Shown here: positions 1-7,223 of the stretch, piece by piece
How positions within the stretch are numbered: position 1 is the stretch's first letter
Layout: each line of letters begins with the position of its first letter
From: Chlamydiota bacterium
GTDB taxonomy: Bacteria > Auribacterota > Tritonobacteria > UBA1439
Reading direction: 5' to 3'
Length of the DNA: 54,452 nt
Assembly (NCBI GenBank): GCA_037133055.1
Contig: JBAXOY010000004.1
Location: 1 to 54,452, forward strand
Position numbers and translations under genes: made by a program
Notes under the pieces: model-generated
Told to the model about the DNA's origin: nothing
Databases searched by the model: none
Seen by the model: only the letters and a program-made list of their open reading frames with translations

Positions 1-524
1 TGGTGCCCCTCGGCGCTCGACTTGAACTGGTCCCAGAGCTCGGGGGGCTGGTCCTGGTAGTTCCACCCGAACTGCTCGTCCCGGGGGGAGAAATAGCGCT
101 CCTTTGCGCGAATCCCGTGCTCGTCGCGGCGGATGCCGAGGAGGATCGCGTCGAGCTTCTCCCGGGCGATGAAAGCCTTCAGCGCCTGGGTCTTCTGGGC
201 GTGGCAACAGTCGAGCTTCGTCCCTCTGTCCGGCCCCATCCCCGCGGCGATCGCCTTCTCGTTCCGCGCGATTCTGAGATCGAGCCCCCACTCGCGCGCG
301 TACCGGTCCCTGAAGGCGTAAATCTCCCTGAACTTGCGGCCGGTGTCGATGTGGATGACCGGGAAGGGAATCTTCCCGAAAAACGCCTTGCGGCACATCC
401 AGAGGAGCGAGGTGGAGTCCTTCCCGATGGACCACAATATGCCGATGTTCCTGAACCTGCTGAAGGCCTCGCGCACCACGTAGATGGTCCTGCTCTCGAG
501 CTCTTTCAGATGATCCATGACCAT
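1..524 (-). CDS. cysD: Sulfate adenylyltransferase subunit 2 (PAPS-reductase family), 3'-partial at window edge
   Basis: Not in the ORF track; manually translated MVMDHLKELESRTIYVVREAF...WSIGKDS...PVIHIDTG...KTQALK...GIRRDE...RAKERYFSPRD...W..QPPELWDQF, all CysD hallmarks. Start is ATG 524 or 518. Confidence 0.92.
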   Translation of the reverse strand, partial: MVMDHLKELESRTIYVVREAFSRFRNIGILWSIGKDSTSLLWMCRKAFFGKIPFPVIHIDTGRKFREIYAFRDRYAREWGLDLRIARNEKAIAAGMGPDRGTKLDCCHAQKTQALKAFIAREKLDAILLGIRRDEHGIRAKERYFSPRDEQFGWNYQDQPPELWDQFKSSAEGH

Positions 525-558
525 GTTCCCCCGGGCCGTGAGTATGCCCGTTCGGAGG

Positions 559-1383
559 TCAGTACTCAATCCCCATCATTTTTCCGAGGGCCGCGCCGAA
601 GATCAATGCGAGCAGAAAATAGGCGACGCTCCAATGCAGGCGCATCCCCGCCATGCGGATCGTCCTGGAGGGATAGTCCACCCGCAGGACCGAGACCGGG
701 CTCCCCCGGCCGATCGTCTCCCCGCCGGGGAAGAGAAACGCCCGCCGCATCGAGGGCCTCGCGCTCTCGGGATAGATACACGCAACCCCCGCCCCGACCC
801 GGATATCCTTTTCGACCGCCGCGCCGTTCACCGTGACCGTGACCGCCTGCGCGCCCACACCGGTCGCCCGCACCCGCCAGTCTATCTCGCGGTCGCCGAT
901 ACGCACCGGGGACGTCTCCGTCTTCAGCCCGTCCGTCACAGCGAGAGCCGCGCGCGCGGTGCGGGTATCGGCACCCGGCCCGAGTTCGACCGACACGATC
1001 GACGCCTCGCCCGGCATAAGCGGGCGATGCGCGTACCGGAGATCGAGCTGCACGCAGACGAGCGCCACGGGCACGATCGCAACCGCGAGCGGCACCAGCG
1101 CCCGTCCCACATACCGCAGGGACTCTCCCCATACGCCCGCGAGCGAGGCGAGCATCGCGGCGGGCTCGTCACGATAGAGGTAGATGCCGAGGAGGTGCCC
1201 CTGGATGCGCTTCCGTGCCCGCCGTATCGCGTCCTGATCGGAGACGAGCCGGTACGCCAGGATGACTCCGGCCGCGGTGAGGAACGCGGCGAAGGCAAGC
1301 CCCCAGACCGGCGCCGCGTCCCTGAACGGGTACAGCAGGGCGTCGAAAAGCCGTGTGACGAGGCGACCGGCTGCGGAAATCAT
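559..1383 (-). CDS. Membrane protein, DUF106/EMC3-TMCO1 (Oxa1 superfamily)-like, with an inserted soluble beta-rich domain
   Basis: ATG 1383 overlaps the upstream stop (ATGA). TM1, then a charged amphipathic segment (SDQDAIRRARKRIQ), TM2 (LVPLAVAIVPVALV), a ~130 aa soluble region and a C-terminal TM (HWSVAYFLLALIFG..LGKMMG). The family call is from recall. Confidence 0.6.
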   Translation of the reverse strand: MISAAGRLVTRLFDALLYPFRDAAPVWGLAFAAFLTAAGVILAYRLVSDQDAIRRARKRIQGHLLGIYLYRDEPAAMLASLAGVWGESLRYVGRALVPLAVAIVPVALVCVQLDLRYAHRPLMPGEASIVSVELGPGADTRTARAALAVTDGLKTETSPVRIGDREIDWRVRATGVGAQAVTVTVNGAAVEKDIRVGAGVACIYPESARPSMRRAFLFPGGETIGRGSPVSVLRVDYPSRTIRMAGMRLHWSVAYFLLALIFGAALGKMMGIEY

Positions 1384-1568
1384 GAAAGATACCCGAGCCC
1401 CCTCAGTTTTTCCCTCACCTTCGCGGCGTCCTCGCCCGGGTCGATCCCCGCGACGGCCTTTTCGAGCAGGTGGGTGATCAACTCGTCCGCGCCCGGGTAG
1501 CCGGCCGCGGCTGCGCACCGCGCAAGTTTGTCGTACAGCTCCCCGTCGATCCGTATCTTCCTTGCCAT
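1380..1568 (-). CDS. Small ribbon-helix-helix (CopG)-like protein with C-terminal VREKLRGLGYLS motif
   Basis: GGGGAG RBS 6 nt before ATG 1568 (alternative start 1574); beta strand KIRID followed by two helices; stop coupled to the next gene. Confidence 0.8.
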   Translation of the reverse strand: MARKIRIDGELYDKLARCAAAAGYPGADELITHLLEKAVAGIDPGEDAAKVREKLRGLGYLS

Positions 1569-1632
1569 TGACATCTCCCCCCTCGCGTCACGGTTTCTTC
1601 GGGAATCTACGTGTCCTCCGTGGTGAAAAATC

Positions 1633-3630
1633 CTATTGCTCCCGCGGCAACGCCTGTTCCGCAGCGAAGATATTTTTCCCGATCATGTCCCCCGGCTTCG
1701 GTATCCCGAACTCCGCGAGGATGGTCGGGGCGAGGTCGTAGAGGTGCGGCGCGTCCATGACGATCTTCCGGCTCGCGAACAGGACGCCGGGGACAAGCTC
1801 CGTCGCCCCGCAGTGGTCCCCGCTCCACTTCTCGGCGCTCACCTCCAGAAGTTCACCGGTCACGTCCCCGAGCGCGCTTTTCCACGACGTCCGGTACCCC
1901 CAGTCGTAGCCGACGATAAGGTCGGGGGCCCTTGAGATATACTCGCCCGAATACACCTCGTCGGCCCTGTAGACCCGCTTCACCACCGTGCGCCCGTTCT
2001 CCGGGTCCCGCTCCGCCGCGAGCTTTCCCGCGATCTCCCTCAGCAGGGCGTCCCGCGCCGCCCCGGGCTCCACGATCCCGTCGCGCTCCCTCCCGCGGAG
2101 GTTGACGTAGAGGGAGTTCAGTCCGAGCGCGTAGGCGCGCGTATTCCGCCAGTCCACATCCTTCAATGCGCCCGTTCCGGCTCCGCCTTCCAGGACGAGA
2201 TAGCCGTTGCGGGCAAGCCACGTGTTGAGGCTGAACGCTTTGTAGAACGGCCCGAAACCGTGGTCGGACATGACGATGAGCGTCGCCCGGTCGTTTAGCG
2301 TCGCCATAACCTTGCCTGCCGCGGCGTCCATCTCCGCGTAGGTCCCCTCGATCACGTCGCCGAGGCGCAGGCGCGCCGCCGGGTCGTAGACAGGGTGCTT
2401 CGGGTCGCGCAGGTGCCAGAAGATGTGCGTCCCCAGATCGGTGCTCGAGAAGTAGTAAAAGAGAAGCCCGTCGCGGAATCGCCCCCGCGCGTAATCGAAG
2501 AGGCGGTTGTTCTCGTCGAGGACCATCCGGAACTGCCGGTAGAACTCGTCGATGGTGAAGGTGTTGTTGGTGAGCGTCTTCGTGTTCTCCGGCATCCCCT
2601 GCGTGTAGAAATACCCCGCGGCGTCCGCCACCTCGCGCGCGTACCCGCGGGGGGTGTCGATGGGGAGCGCCGGGGCTTTCGGGTCGATGTTGACCGGCGT
2701 CACGTAGAGCTTAAAATGGGGATGCGCTTCCTTAAGGTAGAGCCGGCAGATCCCGTTCACGGGGGGGAGGATCGGCAGGGGCCTGAACCCGAGCACGATC
2801 CAGTCGCTCCACTCGCCCTGATTGAGGATCAATTTCTTTCCCGCGATGTCGATGCGCGCGACCGGGTTCTCCGGGTCGATCCACGCCGTGAACGGCACCG
2901 TGAGGCGGGGCGAATCCTTCCGGTAGGTGTTCGCGGGCCCCGAGATCGCGGCGCGGACCGCCCCTCCGGCGGGCTCCACGAGCGTGAATTCCGCGCCCGA
3001 CGGGTCCTTCGGGATATCGCCTGGGTCGGTCGTAAAAAACTGGTAGATGCCGTAGGTGCCCATCAGGTCGGGGGTCCCCATCCCGGAGATGCTCCGGGAG
3101 CGGCCCGGCACGGGTGGAAAATTGGACGGAATCCTGAAGATCGTGGCCGGGATCCCGTTCTCGTCGAGATATTCCCAGAACGCCTTCCCCTCCCGCTTCA
3201 GAACCACGGTGCCCCCGGAGACCGGCAGCACATAGCCGCCCATCGCGAGCGTCCGGCGCGGGGGGATGGTCTCGGAGGTGGAGAGGTACGGCAGGTACGT
3301 GGCCGGGTCCCGGTGGATGAAATCGAATAGTGCGTGCCCTCCGGGGTTTTTGCCCGTGATAAAGTTGGACCACGCGACGGGACTCTGCGGCGGAACGCTC
3401 GACAGGAGTTCCTTGAAATCGCCCTTCTCCGCGAGGCGCTTCAGGTTCGGGAGCCCGCCCTTCGCGAACATCTCCCGGACGATCCTCGGGTCCATGCCGT
3501 CGAAGGCGAGCACGACGACCCTCTTCCCCGCGGCGCGGTCGGCCCGGCCGCAGCCGGAGGCGAGAAGCGCGGCCGAGAGGGCCGCGGCCATCCCGGGGAT
3601 CCACCCGTTTCGCCCCGCGCGCGGCTTCAT
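1633..3630 (-). CDS. AlkP-superfamily phosphohydrolase/transferase (type I phosphodiesterase/nucleotide pyrophosphatase-like), predicted lipoprotein
   Basis: Lipobox LLASG-C; VLAFDG, PPQSPVAW (Ser nucleophile), D..TH, SDHGF and WSGDH metal-site motifs. Confidence 0.88.
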   Translation of the reverse strand: MKPRAGRNGWIPGMAAALSAALLASGCGRADRAAGKRVVVLAFDGMDPRIVREMFAKGGLPNLKRLAEKGDFKELLSSVPPQSPVAWSNFITGKNPGGHALFDFIHRDPATYLPYLSTSETIPPRRTLAMGGYVLPVSGGTVVLKREGKAFWEYLDENGIPATIFRIPSNFPPVPGRSRSISGMGTPDLMGTYGIYQFFTTDPGDIPKDPSGAEFTLVEPAGGAVRAAISGPANTYRKDSPRLTVPFTAWIDPENPVARIDIAGKKLILNQGEWSDWIVLGFRPLPILPPVNGICRLYLKEAHPHFKLYVTPVNIDPKAPALPIDTPRGYAREVADAAGYFYTQGMPENTKTLTNNTFTIDEFYRQFRMVLDENNRLFDYARGRFRDGLLFYYFSSTDLGTHIFWHLRDPKHPVYDPAARLRLGDVIEGTYAEMDAAAGKVMATLNDRATLIVMSDHGFGPFYKAFSLNTWLARNGYLVLEGGAGTGALKDVDWRNTRAYALGLNSLYVNLRGRERDGIVEPGAARDALLREIAGKLAAERDPENGRTVVKRVYRADEVYSGEYISRAPDLIVGYDWGYRTSWKSALGDVTGELLEVSAEKWSGDHCGATELVPGVLFASRKIVMDAPHLYDLAPTILAEFGIPKPGDMIGKNIFAAEQALPREQ

Positions 3631-5795
3631 GAACGCACCCCGCGTTCCACAACGACCCCGAGCGGCCTGCCGTCTATGAAGGCGGGGGGCGCGATGCCGA
3701 AGAGTCCGAGCACCGTCGGGGCGATATCCTGTATATGCGGATCCTTCACTTTGACGCTTTTACTGCAGAAGAAGACCCCCGGGACAAACCGGTGGTCGAT
3801 GCAGTGGTCGGCGCTCCACGCCCTGTTGTTGTCGGAGAACACCGCCGTGGTGATCTTCCCGGTGACCGAGTCCCACGAGCACCGGTACCCCGGACGGTAC
3901 CCGACGATCAGGTCCGGGCCGTTTTCGATGTAGGGGCCGGAGTAGACGACGGCGGTGTCGTACACGGCCGCGATCGCCGTGTCGCCGCCCTCCTCGTCCC
4001 TGAGCCCCGTGAGCTTCCCCGCGAGCTCCCGTTTCAGCGTGACCGCCTCCGCCGGGGACACCGTGCCCCGCGCCTCACGCCCCTTCAGGTTCAGGTAGAT
4101 GCCGGAGAGGCCGAATCCGTAGGCCCTCGTCTTCTCCCAATCGACCCCCTCGAACCATTCCCCGCACATGGATGCGCCGCCCTTGAGCGCCAGATAACCG
4201 TTTTGAAAAAGCCAGTTGTTCAGGTTCACCCCGCGGCGGAAGAGCGTGAACCCGTGGTCTGAAAGGACCATCATGAGATCCCCGGGCCCGAGCTCCGCCC
4301 GCACCCTCCCGACAAGCCCGTCCATTTTCCGGTAGAGATCCTCAATGACGGGGGGACCGGGGGGCGCCTGTCTCCCCTTCCGCGCGGGCTGGTCCCCGCT
4401 CATCGCGCGCCAGAACTCGTGCTGGACGGCGTCGGTGGTGTCGAAGACGCAGCAGAGCACCCCCTTCCGCAGCCGCCGGAGGGAGTGAAAGAATATCTCT
4501 TCGAGTCTCCCCTGTATGCGGTATGCCTGCGTGAGAAACGCCTCGTCGGTGAGTACGCCTTCGTTGAGCGCCCAGGTGTCCTGCGGGAGCCCGAGCGTGG
4601 CGAAGGGGCCGAGGATCTTGGCGAGATGCACGGAAAAGATGCGCGGATGCGATATCGGGAGCGAAGGGTGCTCCGGATCGATGTTGACGGGCGACAGGTA
4701 GAGCTCAAGGTGCGGCGCAACGCGCTTGAGAAAGAATTGCGCGATACCGCGGACTCTCGTCCCGAGCGGGGCGCGGAAGACGAGAGGGATCCAGTCCGAG
4801 AGCTCGCCCTCCGCGAGCGCATAGCTCCTTCCGGCGACTTTCAGCTTCACCGCCCCGCGCTCCAGATCCACCGCGATCATCAGCGGGATCTTCAGGTCGC
4901 CGCACCTCCCGAAGGGATCCTCCGGGCCGGAGATATCGGTCGCGTAGACGGGGCCCTCCCCCGAAAGCTGCACGCGGCAGCCTCCGGTGAGCGCCCCCTC
5001 ATCGCCGGGCTTCGAGGTGTAGAAGGCGAACGTCCCCTGCGACCCCTTGAGATCCGGGGTGCAGAGGCCCGAGAGGAGCATGCCCCTGAACCGGTCCGGG
5101 GGAAAGGTGATCGGGACCTTGAGTATGACGCTTGGGACACCGTGCTCCCCGAGTATCCTCCAGAACGGCACCCCCTTCCGGAACAGGGCGATCCTCGGTT
5201 TCCCGAACGGTATACGGAGCCCGCCGAGGCGGAACCGCCTTCGGGGCGGGGAGATCGAGGCCGAAGAGAGCGCGGGGAGGCAGGTGCGCGGGTCGCGCTT
5301 CAGGAAGTCGAATATGTTGTGCTTTCCGGGATTCGAACCGGTGATGAACGAAGACCAGGCGACGGGGGATATCGGCGGGTTGGAGGTGCGAAGCGGCGAA
5401 AAGCACCCCTCGGCGGCGAGCGCCGAAAAGTTGGGCAGCTTTCCCTCCCTCATCCACCCTGAGGCGAGTTCCGGGTCGAGGCCGTCGAGCCCCACGATCA
5501 CCAGGCGGCGGACCGCCGCGCGGCGCAGCGCCTTCCTGCCGCGCAGCCGCGCGATGACGAGCCGCGCGGGGAAAGTGAGCAGCGCGACGACCGCCAGGAG
5601 CATCCCCCCGAGGATGGACAGGAAGGAGCCGAGAAACGCGAAGCCCGCGCCGGGGCCTATGTAGGCATGCGCGGCCGAGGGGATCGCGACGAGGATCGCG
5701 GCCGCCGCCGCGGCAAGGTTCCGGCCCCGGGAGCCCGCCTCCGTTCCTCCCCTCATCCCTCCCCGCGGCCTTCGCCCCCCCGTGGTGAACGTCAT
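3627..5795 (-). CDS. AlkP-superfamily phosphohydrolase/transferase paralog with signal peptide, YIGPG motif and TM anchor
   Basis: IVGLDGLD, PPISPVAW, D.VQH, SDHGF and WSADH motifs. Start uncertain (ATG 5795 or 5756; the track uses TTG 5816). Confidence 0.87.
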   Translation of the reverse strand: MTFTTGGRRPRGGMRGGTEAGSRGRNLAAAAAAILVAIPSAAHAYIGPGAGFAFLGSFLSILGGMLLAVVALLTFPARLVIARLRGRKALRRAAVRRLVIVGLDGLDPELASGWMREGKLPNFSALAAEGCFSPLRTSNPPISPVAWSSFITGSNPGKHNIFDFLKRDPRTCLPALSSASISPPRRRFRLGGLRIPFGKPRIALFRKGVPFWRILGEHGVPSVILKVPITFPPDRFRGMLLSGLCTPDLKGSQGTFAFYTSKPGDEGALTGGCRVQLSGEGPVYATDISGPEDPFGRCGDLKIPLMIAVDLERGAVKLKVAGRSYALAEGELSDWIPLVFRAPLGTRVRGIAQFFLKRVAPHLELYLSPVNIDPEHPSLPISHPRIFSVHLAKILGPFATLGLPQDTWALNEGVLTDEAFLTQAYRIQGRLEEIFFHSLRRLRKGVLCCVFDTTDAVQHEFWRAMSGDQPARKGRQAPPGPPVIEDLYRKMDGLVGRVRAELGPGDLMMVLSDHGFTLFRRGVNLNNWLFQNGYLALKGGASMCGEWFEGVDWEKTRAYGFGLSGIYLNLKGREARGTVSPAEAVTLKRELAGKLTGLRDEEGGDTAIAAVYDTAVVYSGPYIENGPDLIVGYRPGYRCSWDSVTGKITTAVFSDNNRAWSADHCIDHRFVPGVFFCSKSVKVKDPHIQDIAPTVLGLFGIAPPAFIDGRPLGVVVERGVRS

Positions 5796-5808
5796 GCCCC
5801 CCGCCAGC

Positions 5809-7176
5809 CTACACAATGCCGTATTTCTTCAGTTTGTACCACAGGTTCCGCTCGCTGATCCCCAAAAGCTTCGACGCGCGGGCCTTCACCCCGTCCGCCT
5901 CGCGGAGCGCCTTCTCGATCATGGTTTTTTCGAGCGAGGCGACCGCCCCGTCGAGGCCGGCCGGATCCCCCACGGCGGAATCCGGGTGCGCGATCGGAAA
6001 ACCGTGGACGATCTCGGGGGGGAGATCCTCCATGCCGATCCGCCCCGTGCTGCTCACCGCCACCGCCCGCTCGATGACATTCTCCATCTCCCGGACGTTG
6101 CCGGGCCACGCATAGGCGGCGAGCGCCCGCAGCACCTCTTCCGGGGGCGGCGCGACCTCCTTCCCCCACTCCCGAGAGTATTTCCGCGTGAAATGCTCGA
6201 CGAGCGGGGGGATGTCCCCGGTCCGTTCGCGGAGCGGGGGGACCATGACATTCACGACATTCAGGCGGTAGTAGAGGTCCTCGCGGAAGGCGCGCTCCCG
6301 GATCATCGCGCGGAGGTCTCGGTTGGTGGCGGCGATGACGCGCACGTTGACGCCGACCGTCTCGTTGCTCCCCACCTTCTCGAACTCCTTTTCCTGCAGG
6401 ACGCGGAGTATCTTCGCCTGGAGCGCGGGCTCCATGTCACCGGTCTCGTCGAAGAAGATGCTGCCCCCGTCCGCCTTCTCGAACCTTCCCTGCCGCTCGA
6501 CGTGCGCCCCCGTAAACGCCCCGCGGACGTGGCCGAAAAGCTCGCTCTCGAGGAGGGGGGTGGGGATCGCCGCGCAATTGACCGCCACGAAGAGCCGCTC
6601 GCGGCGCGGGCTCTTCGCGTGGATCGAGCGCGCGAGGAGCTCCTTCCCGGTGCCGGTCTCGCCGCAGAGCAGGACCGAAGCGTCCGTAAGGGCGACGCGG
6701 TCGATCATGGAGTAAATCTCCCGCATCTTCGCGCTCGCGCCGATGATCTCCTGGACCTCGCGGGCCCGGGTGAGCTCCTCCCTCAGGTAGATGTTCTCCC
6801 GCTTCACCTTCTCCAGTTCGAAGACCCTGGAGATGACCACCTCCATGCTCTCGACGTCGAACGGCTTGAGGACGAAATCGCTCGCCCCTTGCCGCATCGC
6901 CTCGACGGCGCTTTTGATGGTCCCGTAGGCGGTCATGATAACCACGGGAGTCCGGAGCTCCCTGCGCCGCATCTCTCTGAGCAGGTCGATCCCGCTCATG
7001 CCTCCCGGCATCTTGAGATCGGTCAGCACGAGGTCCACGCGCTTCGCCTGAATGATCGCGAGCGCCTGCGCGGCGCTGTCGGCCTGGAGCGGCTCGTAGC
7101 CGATCCGGTCCAGCATCATCTCCGCCAGCCTGAGCATGTTACGCTCGTCGTCCACCACCAGCACCCGCCGTTTCAT
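5809..7176 (-). CDS. Sigma-54-dependent response regulator (NtrC/AtoC family)
   Basis: REC domain (VVDDE, DLKMP, KP), Walker A GETGTGKE, GAFTGA, FREDLYYRLNV, C-terminal Fis HTH. Confidence 0.96.
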   Translation of the reverse strand: MKRRVLVVDDERNMLRLAEMMLDRIGYEPLQADSAAQALAIIQAKRVDLVLTDLKMPGGMSGIDLLREMRRRELRTPVVIMTAYGTIKSAVEAMRQGASDFVLKPFDVESMEVVISRVFELEKVKRENIYLREELTRAREVQEIIGASAKMREIYSMIDRVALTDASVLLCGETGTGKELLARSIHAKSPRRERLFVAVNCAAIPTPLLESELFGHVRGAFTGAHVERQGRFEKADGGSIFFDETGDMEPALQAKILRVLQEKEFEKVGSNETVGVNVRVIAATNRDLRAMIRERAFREDLYYRLNVVNVMVPPLRERTGDIPPLVEHFTRKYSREWGKEVAPPPEEVLRALAAYAWPGNVREMENVIERAVAVSSTGRIGMEDLPPEIVHGFPIAHPDSAVGDPAGLDGAVASLEKTMIEKALREADGVKARASKLLGISERNLWYKLKKYGIV

Positions 7177-7181
7177 ATGGA

Positions 7182-7223
7182 CCGTCCCGACTCCCGTCTC
7201 CCATCTTACCGCTTACAACTTAC
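7182..7223. repeat. 7-nt periodic degenerate tandem tract
   Basis: ccgtccc gactccc gtctccc atcttac cgcttac aacttac fills the kinase-regulator spacer. Confidence 0.7.

Noticed and set aside
1607-1828. 73-aa alternative ORF at the end of the AlkP gene
   Set aside because: Off-frame overlap with no RBS or recognisable features.
5745-5790. Additional copy of the palindromic repeat (also 13705-13730)
   Set aside because: C-rich resemblance only; the complementary G arm is missing.
1633-5795. Calling the AlkP proteins arylsulfatases
   Set aside because: No (C/S)xPxR motif; the SPVAW motif fits the phosphodiesterase-like branch.
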